64,000 nucleotides of DNA from an uncultured Candidatus Binatia bacterium (GTDB lineage Bacteria > Desulfobacterota > Binatia > UBA9968 > JAJDTQ01), in NCBI GenBank assembly GCA_965213675.1, contig OZ243916.1:3296001-3360000 (forward strand), read 5' to 3'. Made by a program: the position numbers and the translations under genes. Below the pieces are notes generated by a model that was given only the letters and a program-made list of their open reading frames with translations, had not been told where the DNA came from and did not search any database. The stretch's first letter is position 1, and every line of letters starts with the position of its first letter. Shown one piece after another: positions 29,287 through 39,544 of the stretch.

Positions 29287-29317
29287 AAAGGAGGCGGTTG
29301 AACCGCCTCCTTTTTTT
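29287..29317 (+). terminator. Intrinsic terminator between rpsG and fusA
   Basis: AAAGGAGGCGGT-TGA-ACCGCCTCC-TTTTTTT. Confidence 0.8.
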
Positions 29318-29344
29318 GCCGTCGCCAAGAAGACGCCTACGACC

Positions 29345-31426
29345 ATGAGCAGACAGATACCACTCGACCGGACCCGCAACATCGGGATCATGGCCCACAT
29401 CGATGCGGGCAAGACCACCACGACGGAACGGGTGTTGTTCTACACCGGCATCAACTACAAGCTGGGCGAAGTTCACGACGGCACCGCGACCATGGACTGG
29501 ATGGTTCAGGAGCAGGAGCGCGGGATCACCATCACCTCGGCGGCCACCACCTGTCACTGGCGCGACCACCGGATCAACATCATCGACACCCCCGGCCACG
29601 TGGACTTCACCATCGAGGTGGAGCGTTCGTTGCGGGTGCTGGACGGAGCCATCGCGGTTTTCTGCTCGGTGGGCGGCGTCGAGCCCCAGACCGAGACCGT
29701 CTGGCGGCAGGCCGACAAGTACGGCGTCCCGCGCATCGCGTACATCAACAAGATGGATCGCGTCGGCGCCGACTTCTTCCGGGTGGTGAAGATGATCGAG
29801 GACAGGCTTGGAGCCCGGCCGCTGATCGTTCAACTCCCGGTGGGAGCGGAAGACCACTTCCAGGGGGTGGTGGACCTGGTGCGGATGAAGGCCCTCCTTT
29901 GGGACAACGAGAATCTCGGCGCCAGCTTCCGGGAAGTCCCCATACCGGAGGCCATGCGCGCGCAGGCGGACGACTATCGCGATCTCCTGCTGGAGACGCT
30001 GTCCGATTGCGACGACGGGATCATGGCCGCCTACCTCCAGGGCGAGGAGATCTCCGAGGACCAGCTGGTCCGGGCCATTCGCGGGGCCGGGCTGAAGCTT
30101 GCCATTGTCCCGGTGCTGTGCGGCGCGGCGTTCCGTAACAAGGGCGTGCAGCCCTTGCTGGACGCGGTCATCGACTACCTGCCGTCGCCGCTGGACGTGC
30201 CGCCGATCCGTGGGACGGATCCCGACAGCGGCGACGAAGCGGTGCGCGGGACCTCCGACGAAGCGCCGTTCTCCGCTCTGGCATTCAAGATCATGGCCGA
30301 TCCGTTCGTGGGATCTCTGACTTTCTTTCGGGTCTATTCCGGGAGCCGGAGTTCGGGGACGTTCGTCTACAACGCTTCCACCGGCCAGCGGGAGCGTGTC
30401 GGCCGCATTCTCAAGATGCACGCCAACAAGCGCGAGGAGATCGACGAGGTCTGCGCCGGAGACATAGCCGCCGCCGTCGGTCTGCGTAGCGCCAAGACCG
30501 GCGACACCCTGTGCGACGAAGATCATCCCATCCTCCTCGAATCCATCGATTTCCCCGAACCCGTCATTGCCATCGCCATCGAGCCCAAGTCCCGCCACGA
30601 CCAGGAGAAGCTGGGCACATCCCTGCAGAAGCTGGCCAAGGAGGACCCGTCCTTCCGGGTGAGCGTCGACCAGGAGACCGGCCAGACCCTGATTTCGGGC
30701 ATGGGCGAGCTTCATCTCGAGGTCATCGTCGACCGCCTGCTGCGGGAATTCAAGGTGGACGCCAACGTGGGCAAGCCACAGGTGGCGTACAAGGAGACGA
30801 TCCGGCGCGCGGTGGAGCAGGAGGGCCGGTTCGTGCGCCAATCGGGCGGCCGCGGGCAGTTCGGCCACGTGTTCCTGCGCATGGAGCCTCAGCCCACGGG
30901 CACCGGGTTCGAGTTCGTTGCGGCCATCAAGGGCGGCGTCATTCCGCAGGAGTACATCCCCGCGGTTCGGAGTGGCGTGGTCCAGGCCATGAGCAACGGC
31001 GGCCTGGTGGGATATCCGGTGGTGGACGTCAAGGTCACACTGCTCGACGGCAGCTACCATGATGTGGACTCCTCGGAGATGGCGTTCACCATCGCGGGTT
31101 CCATGGCGTTCAAAGAGGGGTTGGGCAAGGCCGCGCCGGTGCTGCTGGAACCGGTGATGGACGTGGAGGTGGTGGTGCCGGAGGAGTTCATGGGCGATGT
31201 GATCGGCGACATCAGTTCGCGCCGGGGAAAGGTCCTGGGAATGACCTCCAAGGGGAACGCCCAGGTGATCGATGCGCGCGTGCCGTTGTCGCGGATGTTC
31301 GGCTACGCGACCGATTTGCGGTCGCGGACCCAGGGCCGCGCCACCTACACGATGCAGTTCTCGCGCTACGAGGAAGTGCCGGAAGGCGTGATGGATGATC
31401 GTGCCGGCCGGGAGGCGCGCGCCTGA
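29345..31426 (+). CDS. fusA: Elongation factor G
   Basis: [23 protein letters not shown]. Confidence 0.98.
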   Translation: MSRQIPLDRTRNIGIMAHIDAGKTTTTERVLFYTGINYKLGEVHDGTATMDWMVQEQERGITITSAATTCHWRDHRINIIDTPGHVDFTIEVERSLRVLDGAIAVFCSVGGVEPQTETVWRQADKYGVPRIAYINKMDRVGADFFRVVKMIEDRLGARPLIVQLPVGAEDHFQGVVDLVRMKALLWDNENLGASFREVPIPEAMRAQADDYRDLLLETLSDCDDGIMAAYLQGEEISEDQLVRAIRGAGLKLAIVPVLCGAAFRNKGVQPLLDAVIDYLPSPLDVPPIRGTDPDSGDEAVRGTSDEAPFSALAFKIMADPFVGSLTFFRVYSGSRSSGTFVYNASTGQRERVGRILKMHANKREEIDEVCAGDIAAAVGLRSAKTGDTLCDEDHPILLESIDFPEPVIAIAIEPKSRHDQEKLGTSLQKLAKEDPSFRVSVDQETGQTLISGMGELHLEVIVDRLLREFKVDANVGKPQVAYKETIRRAVEQEGRFVRQSGGRGQFGHVFLRMEPQPTGTGFEFVAAIKGGVIPQEYIPAVRSGVVQAMSNGGLVGYPVVDVKVTLLDGSYHDVDSSEMAFTIAGSMAFKEGLGKAAPVLLEPVMDVEVVVPEEFMGDVIGDISSRRGKVLGMTSKGNAQVIDARVPLSRMFGYATDLRSRTQGRATYTMQFSRYEEVPEGVMDDRAGREARA

Positions 31427-31456
31427 CGCGCGACGTGATGCGACAGGGGTGAGGGC

Positions 31457-31765
31457 GTGAACGAGAAAATCCGCATTCGACTCAAGGCCTACGACTACCG
31501 GGTCCTGGATCAGTCCGTGGGCGACATCGTCGAGACCGTCAAGCGAACGGGCGGCCGGGTCGCCGGTCCCATCCCGCTCCCGACGCGCATCGAAAGGTTC
31601 ACGGTGAATCGGTCTCCACACGTGGACAAGAAGTCGCGGGAGCAGTTCGAGGTGCGGACGCACAAGCGCCTTCTGGACATCCTCGAGCCCACTCAGCAGA
31701 CCATCGACGCCTTGGGCAAGCTCGATCTGGCCGCGGGCGTCGACGTGGAAATCAAGCTTCAATAG
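31457..31765 (+). CDS. rpsJ: 30S ribosomal protein S10
   Basis: [17 protein letters not shown]. Confidence 0.98.
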   Translation: MNEKIRIRLKAYDYRVLDQSVGDIVETVKRTGGRVAGPIPLPTRIERFTVNRSPHVDKKSREQFEVRTHKRLLDILEPTQQTIDALGKLDLAAGVDVEIKLQ

Positions 31766-31775
31766 GGTCACGAAC

Positions 31776-32408
31776 ATGATGGGTCTCATTGGTACAAAGA
31801 TCGGCATGAGCCAGCTCTTCGACGACACGGGCAACGTCATTCCCGTGACGGTGGTGGAGACAGGTCCGTGCGTGGTGGTGCAGAAGAAGGATGTCGCCAG
31901 GGACGGATACAACGCGCTGCAACTGGGCTTTGGCCACCAGAAGAACCAGCGTGTGAACCGCCCGTTGCGCGGCCACATGGCCAAGGCGGAAAAGGGCTCC
32001 TTCCGGTTCCTGCGCGAGTTCCGGGTGGACGACGTGTCGGGTTACGAGTTGGGCCAGGAACTCACGGTGTCGGATCTTGCCGGCCCCGGAGACCTGGTGG
32101 ACGTCACCGGCACCTCCAAGGGACGCGGCTTTTCGGGCGTGATGAAGCGCTGGGACTTTCGCGGCGTCTCCCGCACCCACGGCACCCACGAATACTTTCG
32201 CCACGGCGGCTCCATCGGCGCCTGCGCCTATCCCGGGAAGGTGTTCAAGGGGAAGAGAATGGCCGGGCACTGGGGCAACGAGAGGGTGTCGATCCAGAAC
32301 CTGCGGGTGGTGGGTGTGCGCCCCGAACAGAACCTTCTCCTGGTCAAGGGCGCCGTGCCGGGCGCCAACGGCGGCATGGTTCTCATCCGGCGCGCCGTCA
32401 AGGGATAA
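31776..32408 (+). CDS. rplC: 50S ribosomal protein L3
   Basis: GTKIGMSQ, GTSKGRGF. Confidence 0.97.
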   Translation: MMGLIGTKIGMSQLFDDTGNVIPVTVVETGPCVVVQKKDVARDGYNALQLGFGHQKNQRVNRPLRGHMAKAEKGSFRFLREFRVDDVSGYELGQELTVSDLAGPGDLVDVTGTSKGRGFSGVMKRWDFRGVSRTHGTHEYFRHGGSIGACAYPGKVFKGKRMAGHWGNERVSIQNLRVVGVRPEQNLLLVKGAVPGANGGMVLIRRAVKG

Positions 32409-32411
32409 GGC

Positions 32412-33008
32412 ATGGAACTGCGTCGAGTCGAGCACGAGCTCCCGCAAGCTATCTTTGGCGTCCCGGTCCGCCCCCATCTGTTGCACCAGGTGGTGGTCAT
32501 GCAACTGAACAACCGGCGCGCGGGCACGGCCTCCACCAAGACGCGGGGCAAGGTACAGGGCAGCGGCAAGAAGCCCTGGCGCCAGAAGGGCTCGGGAAGA
32601 GCCCGAGCGGGCAGTGTGCGCTCGCCCATCTGGGTCGGAGGCGGGACCGTGTTCGGTCCCCTTCCGCGGGACTATTCGTACCGCGTCCCGAAGTCGGCGC
32701 GCCGCCAGGCGCTACTCTCGGCTCTCAGCCTGAAGTCCCAGGAAGAAAAGGTCGTGGTGGTGGAGCCCGCCGGCGTGTCCGAGATCAAGACCCGGCTCAT
32801 GGCCGAGGCCGTGGCCGCGTTGGGGGTCGAAAAGGCGCTGATCGTCATCGCGGAAAAGGACGACCGCATCGAGTTGTCGGCGCGCAACCTGCCGCACATC
32901 AAGGTCTTGAGGGCGGAGGGGTTGAACGTCTACGATCTGCTTCGCTTCGAACACTTGGTGCTGACTCGGGAGGCGCTGGGAAAGATCGAGGAGAGGTTTT
33001 CGCAATGA
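32412..33008 (+). CDS. rplD: 50S ribosomal protein L4
   Basis: KKPWRQKGSGRARAG. Confidence 0.97.
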   Translation: MELRRVEHELPQAIFGVPVRPHLLHQVVVMQLNNRRAGTASTKTRGKVQGSGKKPWRQKGSGRARAGSVRSPIWVGGGTVFGPLPRDYSYRVPKSARRQALLSALSLKSQEEKVVVVEPAGVSEIKTRLMAEAVAALGVEKALIVIAEKDDRIELSARNLPHIKVLRAEGLNVYDLLRFEHLVLTREALGKIEERFSQ

Positions 33009-33295
33009 GAGGCGTTCGCGATGCCGTTCTCGGCCCGCTGATATCGGAAAAGGGCTCGATGCTGGCCGAGTCGACGAATCAGGTGATCTTCAAGGTCCGC
33101 CCGGACGCCAACAAGATCGAGATCCGGCAGCAGGTGGAGCGGCTGTTCAAGGTGACCGTGCTGGATGTGCGCACCGCGCGCTACCTGGGCAAGATGCGCC
33201 GCGTGGGCAGGAATACCGGAAGGTTGCCGTTGTGGAAGAAGGCGTATGTGACCCTCAAGGAGGGGGACCGCATCGATTTCTTCGGTGTCGGTTGA
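33005..33295 (+). CDS. rplW: 50S ribosomal protein L23
   Basis: PLISEK, DANKIEI, WKKAYVTL (3' part of ORF 31868..33295). Confidence 0.95.
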   Translation: MRGVRDAVLGPLISEKGSMLAESTNQVIFKVRPDANKIEIRQQVERLFKVTVLDVRTARYLGKMRRVGRNTGRLPLWKKAYVTLKEGDRIDFFGVG

Positions 33296-33306
33296 GGATG
33301 TAGTCC

Positions 33307-34134
33307 ATGTCCATCAAGAATCATCGCCCAACTTCTCCCGGGCGCCGTTTTGCTTCAGGCTTCGGGTTCGACGACGTCACCAAGGAGACGCCGCACAAGC
33401 CTTTGTTGCGGCCCCTCCGGGGACACGGCGGACGCAACAACACGGGCCGCGTCACCAAGGATCACCGCGGCGGGGGACACAAGCGGCGTTACCGCTTCAT
33501 CGACTTCAAGCGCGACAAGAAGGGCGTGCCGGGTCGGGTCGAGGCCATCGAGTACGATCCGAACCGCTCGGCCCTGGTGGCGCTCATCTGCTACCTCGAC
33601 GGCGAGCGGCGTTACATCCTTGCGCCCCAGAAGCTCAGGGTCGGCGGGCGGATCATTGCCGGGGACCAGGACATCGACATTCAACCGGGCAACTCCCTGC
33701 CGCTGAAGAGCATTCCCACTGGCACCCTCGTGCACAATGTGGAGCTCAAGGCCGGCAAGGGCGGACAGATCGTACGCAGTGCCGGAGCCTCCGCCCAGGT
33801 GATGGCCAAGGAAGGCTCCTATACGCTGCTCAAGCTTCCGTCCGGAGAGTTGCGCAACGTCCGCTCGGAGTGCCGCGCCACGGTGGGCGAGGTGGGCAAC
33901 AGCGAGTTCGAGAACATCACCTACGGCAAGGCGGGTCGCTCGCGCTGGCTGGGACGCCGCCCGGTCACCCGGGGTATCGCCAAGAACCCGGTGGACCATC
34001 CCCACGGCGGTGGTGAGGGTCAGTCCAAGGGCAACCACCCGCAGACCCCCTGGGGCAAGCCCACCAAGGGTTACCGGACCCGTGGCGTCAAGCCTTCCGA
34101 CAAGTACATCGTGAAGCGCAGAAAGGGACAGTAG
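33307..34134 (+). CDS. rplB: 50S ribosomal protein L2
   Basis: [20 protein letters not shown]. Confidence 0.98.
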   Translation: MSIKNHRPTSPGRRFASGFGFDDVTKETPHKPLLRPLRGHGGRNNTGRVTKDHRGGGHKRRYRFIDFKRDKKGVPGRVEAIEYDPNRSALVALICYLDGERRYILAPQKLRVGGRIIAGDQDIDIQPGNSLPLKSIPTGTLVHNVELKAGKGGQIVRSAGASAQVMAKEGSYTLLKLPSGELRNVRSECRATVGEVGNSEFENITYGKAGRSRWLGRRPVTRGIAKNPVDHPHGGGEGQSKGNHPQTPWGKPTKGYRTRGVKPSDKYIVKRRKGQ

Positions 34135-34136
34135 GC

Positions 34137-34427
34137 ATGGCGCGTTCCATCAAGAAAGGTCCTTTTGTGGACGACCATCTGATGCGCAAGATCGAGGAAA
34201 TGAACCGGGCCCAGGCGCGCCGGGTGGTCAAGACATGGTCGCGGCGTTCGACCATTACCCCGGACATGATCGGCCACACCATCGCGGTTCACAACGGGCG
34301 CAAATTTCTACCGGTGTTCGTGACCGAGGACATGGTCGGCCACAAGCTCGGAGAGTTCTCGCCCACGCGCACGTTCCACGGGCACGCGGGTGACCGGCGC
34401 GGCGACGCCAGGGGCGTGAGGAGATAG
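34137..34427 (+). CDS. rpsS: 30S ribosomal protein S19
   Basis: [22 protein letters not shown]. Confidence 0.98.
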   Translation: MARSIKKGPFVDDHLMRKIEEMNRAQARRVVKTWSRRSTITPDMIGHTIAVHNGRKFLPVFVTEDMVGHKLGEFSPTRTFHGHAGDRRGDARGVRR

Positions 34428-34430
34428 GCG

Positions 34431-34766
34431 ATGGAGGCGCGCGCTGTCACGAAGTTCGCCCGGGTCTCGCCCCGCAAGATGCGGCTGGTGGTGGATCAGG
34501 TTCGGGGACGATCCGTCGAGGACGCGCTGACGATCCTCAAATTCGTGCCCAAGGGCTGCGCCGGCATCGTCGCCAAGACCGTGCGGTCCGCGGTCGCCAA
34601 CGCGGAGAACACGCAGAACGTGGACGTGGACCTCTTGTACGTCAAGTTCGCGGAGGTGGGTCAGGCAGGAATGTGGAAACGCTTCATGCCGCGTGGAATG
34701 GGTCGCGCCAACCGCATTCGCAAGCGCTTGAGCCATTTGACCGTCGTGGTGGATGAGAAAGCCTAG
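34431..34766 (+). CDS. rplV: 50S ribosomal protein L22
   Basis: SPRKMRLVVD, SAVANA. Confidence 0.97.
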   Translation: MEARAVTKFARVSPRKMRLVVDQVRGRSVEDALTILKFVPKGCAGIVAKTVRSAVANAENTQNVDVDLLYVKFAEVGQAGMWKRFMPRGMGRANRIRKRLSHLTVVVDEKA

Positions 34767-34926
34767 TGTGGTGTCTGGTTGATTCGGGTCATAATCTGCG
34801 GAGGATTTTATGTTGTCGGCAAGGCGCGATGACGAGCAGTGGCGTGTACCACGCGAGGAAGAGCAACGCAGCCGACGGCGAAAAAGACCCGCAGATTATG
34901 ACCCGAATTAACCAGACACCACACTA
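34764..34926 (+). mobile_element. MITE/ERIC-like fold-back element, family B, copy 2 (163 bp) inside the S10 operon
   Basis: 38-bp TIR with one mismatch (TAGTGTGGTGTCTGGTT[G/A]ATTCGGGTCATAATCTGCGG); CTAG at both ends (34763-66, 34924-27). Confidence 0.9.
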
Positions 34927-35030
34927 GCAGCTTGCGCCGCAGGAACCCGGCTCACCCCCGGGCGACGTAACGCAGCCGGTGGGGAAAGCCCCTCGGAACT
35001 TTGTGCGAACGAACCGGACAGGAAACCAGG

Positions 35031-35693
35031 ATGGGACAGAAAACACACCCCAAGGTCTTCCGCATGCGCGTGATCGAGTCGTGGGACTCGAAGTGGTACG
35101 CCGGGCACGATTACCCCGAACTGCTGCATGAGGACCTCAAGATCAAGAAGTTTCTCAAGGGACGGTTGCACCACGCGGGTATCTCGAAGATCGAGATCGA
35201 GCGCGCCACCAACAAGGCCAAGATCAACATCCACACCGCGCGTCCAGGCATCGTCATCGGCAAGAAGGGCGCCGAGATCGAGAAGCTCAAGGAAGAGTTG
35301 GCGAAGCTGTCGCCGCGGGAGGTGTTCATCAACATCCACGAGGTGCGCCGGCCCGATCTTGATGCGCAGTTGGTGGCGGAGAACGTGGCGCTGCAGCTTG
35401 AGCGTCGCGTGGCCTTCCGGCGCGCCATGAAGGAGAGCGTGTCCCGCGCCTTGCGCATGGGTGCGCAAGGGATTCGCATCCAGTGCGGCGGCCGGCTCGG
35501 CGGGCAGGAGATCGCGCGCACGGAGTGGTACCGCGAGGGGCGTGTGCCGCTGCACACGCTGCGGGCGGACGTGAGCTACGGCCTGGCCGAGGCCAAGACC
35601 ACCTACGGGGTCATCGGCGTCAAGGCATGGATCTTCCGTGGCGAGATCCTTACGAAGCAGGAAGAGCAGCAGAAGGCATCTCTGGGATTATAG
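35031..35693 (+). CDS. rpsC: 30S ribosomal protein S3
   Basis: [29 protein letters not shown]. Confidence 0.98.
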   Translation: MGQKTHPKVFRMRVIESWDSKWYAGHDYPELLHEDLKIKKFLKGRLHHAGISKIEIERATNKAKINIHTARPGIVIGKKGAEIEKLKEELAKLSPREVFINIHEVRRPDLDAQLVAENVALQLERRVAFRRAMKESVSRALRMGAQGIRIQCGGRLGGQEIARTEWYREGRVPLHTLRADVSYGLAEAKTTYGVIGVKAWIFRGEILTKQEEQQKASLGL

Positions 35694-35711
35694 GGTAGAG
35701 GGCGTGAGATC

Positions 35712-36116
35712 ATGCTTGAGCCAAAGAAAGTCAAGTTCCGGAAGATACAGAAGGGGCGCCGGGGCGGATCCGCGGGGCGCGGGTCGGAGTTGTCCTTCGG
35801 CGACTATGGCCTGAAGTGCGTGGACCGCGGCTACATTACGGCGCGCCAGATCGAGGCCGCGCGAATCGCCTTGACCCGCTACCTCAAGCGGCACGGCAAG
35901 GTGTGGATCCGGGTGTTTCCGGATAAACCCATCACCAAGAAGCCCGCCGAGGTGCGCATGGGGAAGGGCAAGGGGCCGCTGCATGCGTGGGTGGCCGTGG
36001 TCAAACCGGGCAAGCTGTTGTTCGAGATGGAGGGGGTTCAGCGGGACGACGCCAAGGAAGCGTTCCGCCTGGCCTCGCGCAAGCTGGGCCTGACCACCGC
36101 GTTCGTGGAGCGGTAG
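35712..36116 (+). CDS. rplP: 50S ribosomal protein L16
   Basis: [16 protein letters not shown]. Confidence 0.98.
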   Translation: MLEPKKVKFRKIQKGRRGGSAGRGSELSFGDYGLKCVDRGYITARQIEAARIALTRYLKRHGKVWIRVFPDKPITKKPAEVRMGKGKGPLHAWVAVVKPGKLLFEMEGVQRDDAKEAFRLASRKLGLTTAFVER

Positions 36117-36129
36117 CGGGAGAGAGCGG

Positions 36130-36345
36130 ATGCGCGCCAAGGAAATGCGGGACATGGGCGTCGATGAGTTGCAGCAGAAGCGCACGGAGTTCAAGGATGA
36201 GATCTTTCACCTGACCCTGCGGCGCGCCACGGGACAGTTGGAAAGTCCCATGAAGCTGCGCCAGTCGCGCCGCAATCTGGCGCGGCTGGAGACGATCATC
36301 GTGGAACTCCGGCGCGCCGCGGAGCGGGAAGACGATCATGATTGA
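36130..36345 (+). CDS. rpmC: 50S ribosomal protein L29
   Basis: ATGQLE..RRNLAR; synteny. Confidence 0.93.
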   Translation: MRAKEMRDMGVDELQQKRTEFKDEIFHLTLRRATGQLESPMKLRQSRRNLARLETIIVELRRAAEREDDHD

Positions 36346-36613
36346 ACGTGGTGTCACGAAGCAGCGTGAGGGCGTCGTTAGAACGGACCGCATGGTCAAG
36401 ACCGTGGTGGTCGAGCTGGAGCGGATCGTTCTGCATTCGCGGTACAAGAAGTACCTCCGGCGCCGGACGCGGGTGAAGGCCCATGACGAGCGCGACGAGT
36501 GCCGCGTGGGCGACCGCGTCGTGATCACCGAGTGCCGGCCCCTCAGCCGCGAGAAGCGTTGGCGCGTAAGCCGCATCCTGAACCGCGCGGCGACGGGCAC
36601 GGCGACGGACTGA
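36338..36613 (+). CDS. rpsQ: 30S ribosomal protein S17
   Basis: KAHDE, GDRVVITECRPLS. Confidence 0.95.
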   Translation: MIERGVTKQREGVVRTDRMVKTVVVELERIVLHSRYKKYLRRRTRVKAHDERDECRVGDRVVITECRPLSREKRWRVSRILNRAATGTATD

Positions 36614-36700
36614 CACAGCGGCCGCGGCAACGACAGCCAGGGGCGATTCGCTCTCGTCCCGTGGAACAGGCCAACGACGCGAGACACAGAGGTCCAGGCA

Positions 36701-37069
36701 ATGATACAAGTGGGGACGGTGTTGGATGTGGCGGACAACTCGGGCGCCCGGCGAGTCCGGTGCATCAAGGTACTTGGCGGAACCAGGCGGAAATACGCCT
36801 CCATCGGCGACGTGATCGTCGTGTCCGTCAAGGAAGCGATGCCCAATTCCAAGGTGCCCAAGGGCCACGTGGCCAGAGCAGTGGTGGTGCGCACGGCGAA
36901 GGAGCTCAGCCGCGTGGACGGTTCCTACATTCGCTTCGACAACAACTCGGCGGTGTTGATCGACAACCAGAAAGAACCGGTGGGCACGCGCATCTTCGGT
37001 CCGGTCGCACGGGAGTTGCGCGCGAAGCGGTTCATGAAGATCGTGTCGCTGGCCCCGGAGGTGCTGTAG
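36701..37069 (+). CDS. rplN: 50S ribosomal protein L14
   Basis: [22 protein letters not shown]. Confidence 0.98.
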   Translation: MIQVGTVLDVADNSGARRVRCIKVLGGTRRKYASIGDVIVVSVKEAMPNSKVPKGHVARAVVVRTAKELSRVDGSYIRFDNNSAVLIDNQKEPVGTRIFGPVARELRAKRFMKIVSLAPEVL

Positions 37070-37071
37070 CC

Positions 37072-37389
37072 ATGAGCCTGTTCGTCCGCAAAGATGACAC
37101 CGTCATGGTGGTGACCGGCAGGGAGCGGGGGAAGACCGGCAAGGTCATCAAGGTGGTGCCGAGGAAGGACCGCCTGTTCATCGAACGAGTGAACCTCGTG
37201 AAGCGGCACACCAAGCCGCGCAGCGCCCAGCAGCCCGGTGGCATCGTCGAGAAGGAAGCTTCCATCCACGTCTCCAACGTCATGCTCATGTGCGACCCGT
37301 GCAACGCCCCGGTGCGCGTGGGCTACAAGTTCCTTGAGGATGGGGAGAAGGTGCGCATCTGCCGGCGTTGCGGTCAGGGTCTGGGCTAG
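37072..37389 (+). CDS. rplX: 50S ribosomal protein L24
   Basis: KOW motif, GGIVEKEASIHVSNV (3' part of ORF 36499..37389). Confidence 0.95.
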   Translation: MSLFVRKDDTVMVVTGRERGKTGKVIKVVPRKDRLFIERVNLVKRHTKPRSAQQPGGIVEKEASIHVSNVMLMCDPCNAPVRVGYKFLEDGEKVRICRRCGQGLG

Positions 37390-37413
37390 AGACCCGCAGT
37401 CTGGGATTCAACG

Positions 37414-37974
37414 ATGGTAAGGCTGGAACAGAAATATCACGAGGAGATCGTGCCCGCGATGATGGCCGACTTCGCCTATCGCAACAGGCATCAGGTCCCT
37501 CGGCTCAAGAACGTTTCCATCAACGTATGCATCGGCGAGGCGGTGCAGAACGCCAAGCTGCTGGACGCCGCGGTGTCCGAACTGGGCGCCATCAGCGGTC
37601 AGCGGCCGGTGGTGACGCGGGCGCGGAAGGACATTTCGAACTTCAAGCTGCGCCGCGGCAATCCCATCGGATGCATGGTGACGTTGCGGCGCGCGCGCAT
37701 GTACGAGTTCCTGGATCGACTCATACAGGTGGCGCTGCCCCAGGTGAGGGATTTCAAGGGGCTCTCGGACCGCTCCTTTGACGGTTGCGGAAATTACTCG
37801 CTTGGCATCCGGGAGCAGATCATTTTTCCCGAAGTGAGGCCGGATTCCGTGGATCGGCTCCACGGCCTGACGGTGTCCATCGTGACCACCGCGGGGACGG
37901 ATGAGGAGGGGAGAGCGTTGCTGCGCAGTCTCGGAATGCCGTTCGCGACGGATGGGGGTAGGACCAGTGGCTAA
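37414..37974 (+). CDS. rplE: 50S ribosomal protein L5
   Basis: [22 protein letters not shown]. Confidence 0.97.
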   Translation: MVRLEQKYHEEIVPAMMADFAYRNRHQVPRLKNVSINVCIGEAVQNAKLLDAAVSELGAISGQRPVVTRARKDISNFKLRRGNPIGCMVTLRRARMYEFLDRLIQVALPQVRDFKGLSDRSFDGCGNYSLGIREQIIFPEVRPDSVDRLHGLTVSIVTTAGTDEEGRALLRSLGMPFATDGGRTSG

Positions 37975-38152
37975 GAAGTGCCTGCGGATCAAGGCGGACA
38001 GGACTCCCAAGTTCAAGGTTCGCCAGTACAATCGTTGTCCCCTGTGCGGCAGGGCTCGGGCGTTTTACCGGCGGTTCCGCATGTGTCGGGTGTGCCTCAG
38101 GATGTACGCGCGCCGGGGTGAAATCCCCGGGGTAATCAAGGCAAGCTGGTAG
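37967..38152 (+). CDS. rpsN: 30S ribosomal protein S14 type Z (61 aa, Zn-binding)
   Basis: [22 protein letters not shown]. Confidence 0.95.
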   Translation: MAKKCLRIKADRTPKFKVRQYNRCPLCGRARAFYRRFRMCRVCLRMYARRGEIPGVIKASW

Positions 38153-38167
38153 GAGGGGTTGTCGCGC

Positions 38168-38572
38168 ATGAGTATGACCGATCCCATAGCCGATTTGCTG
38201 ACGCGGATGCGCAACGCCGCCATGGCGAAGCACGAAACCGTGGATGTTCCATGGTCGCGCCTCAAGGAAAACATCATGAAGGTACTGGTGGTGGAGGGGT
38301 ACGTGCGCCAGATCCGGCGTATTCCGGTGGAGGGGCAGGTGCAGGATACACTGCGCATCCAGCTCAAGTACGACAGGGAACATCAGCCAGTGATGAGCCA
38401 ACTGAAGCGGGTCAGCCGCCCGGGGCGCCGGGTCTACGTCGGCTACAAGGACATCCAGCCGCTGCACAAGGGGCTCGGCACCCATGTTCTGTCGACGCCC
38501 AAGGGAATCATCGTCGACAGGGAGGCCGTGAAGGCGAAGCTCGGCGGCGAGTTGCTGTGCTCCATCAGTTAG
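38168..38572 (+). CDS. rpsH: 30S ribosomal protein S8
   Basis: MTDPIADLLTR, RVSRPGRRVY, GGELL. Confidence 0.97.
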   Translation: MSMTDPIADLLTRMRNAAMAKHETVDVPWSRLKENIMKVLVVEGYVRQIRRIPVEGQVQDTLRIQLKYDREHQPVMSQLKRVSRPGRRVYVGYKDIQPLHKGLGTHVLSTPKGIIVDREAVKAKLGGELLCSIS

Positions 38573-38600
38573 TGGCCCCCGGCCGTGGGGAGGTTGTCTC

Positions 38601-39143
38601 GTGTCTCGTGTAGGAAAACTGCCGATCATGGTGCCCGGAACCGTCAAGGTGGCGACGGAAGGCGCGGAAATACGAGTGCAGGGTCCCAAGGGGACACTGG
38701 CGCACCGCATTCCGCAAGGCATCGAAGTGAATGTGAACGGCGACCGGCTCGAAGTGGGCCGGAGCGCCGAGACCAAGAGCGTCAGGGCGCTGCACGGGTT
38801 GACGCGCAAGTTGCTGGCCAACATGGTCCTGGGCGTGAGCGAGGGCTTCAAGAAGGTGCTCGAGATCAACGGCGTCGGCTACCGGGCCGAGTTGAAGGAA
38901 AACTCGCTGCACCTGACGCTGGGATTCTCCCATCCCGTCGAGTACCGGCTGCCGGAAGGCGTGAGCGCCTCGGTGGAACGTCAGACGGTGATTACCCTCG
39001 AGAGCCACGACAAGCAGGTGCTGGGTCAGGCCGCCGCCGAGGTGCGGCGTTTCCGCCCCCCCGAGCCCTACAAGGGCAAGGGGATTCGTTATCAGGGCGA
39101 AGTAGTCATGAGGAAGGCCGGCAAGGCCATGGGTTCCGCGTGA
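38601..39143 (+). CDS. rplF: 50S ribosomal protein L6
   Basis: [19 protein letters not shown]. Confidence 0.98.
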   Translation: MSRVGKLPIMVPGTVKVATEGAEIRVQGPKGTLAHRIPQGIEVNVNGDRLEVGRSAETKSVRALHGLTRKLLANMVLGVSEGFKKVLEINGVGYRAELKENSLHLTLGFSHPVEYRLPEGVSASVERQTVITLESHDKQVLGQAAAEVRRFRPPEPYKGKGIRYQGEVVMRKAGKAMGSA

Positions 39144-39165
39144 GCCGGCGGGATCGGGTGAACGC

Positions 39166-39531
39166 ATGCCGATGACAAGCAAGAAGGTTCTGGATCGCAA
39201 GCGGCGCCAGCACAGCGTACGCAAACGGATCAAGGGCAGCGATGCGCGCCCTCGCCTGTGCGTCTTTCGCAGTTCCAAGCACATCTACGCGCAGATCATT
39301 TCCGACGAACGCGGTGTGACCCTGGCGAGCGCGTCGACACTGTCGAAGGAAGCGGCTGCGGCCGACGACGCCAAGGGAGTCGAGGCGGCCCGGGACGTGG
39401 GCCGCAAGATCGCGGAGTTGTGCGAGGCGCGCGAGATCAAGCAGGTGATCTTTGATCGCAACGGGTTTCTCTTTCACGGTCGGGTAAAGGCATTGGCGGA
39501 GGCCGCGCGCGAGGCCGGCCTTTCCTTCTGA
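39166..39531 (+). CDS. rplR: 50S ribosomal protein L18
   Basis: [18 protein letters not shown]. Confidence 0.97.
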   Translation: MPMTSKKVLDRKRRQHSVRKRIKGSDARPRLCVFRSSKHIYAQIISDERGVTLASASTLSKEAAAADDAKGVEAARDVGRKIAELCEAREIKQVIFDRNGFLFHGRVKALAEAAREAGLSF

Positions 39532-39544
39532 TTCGGGGGTTGCT

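Noticed and set aside
36638-36660. Degenerate REP-like GGGGCGATTCGC..CGTCCC between rpsQ and rplN
   Set aside because: Lacks GTAG and a clean palindrome; too weak to call without a genome-wide model.
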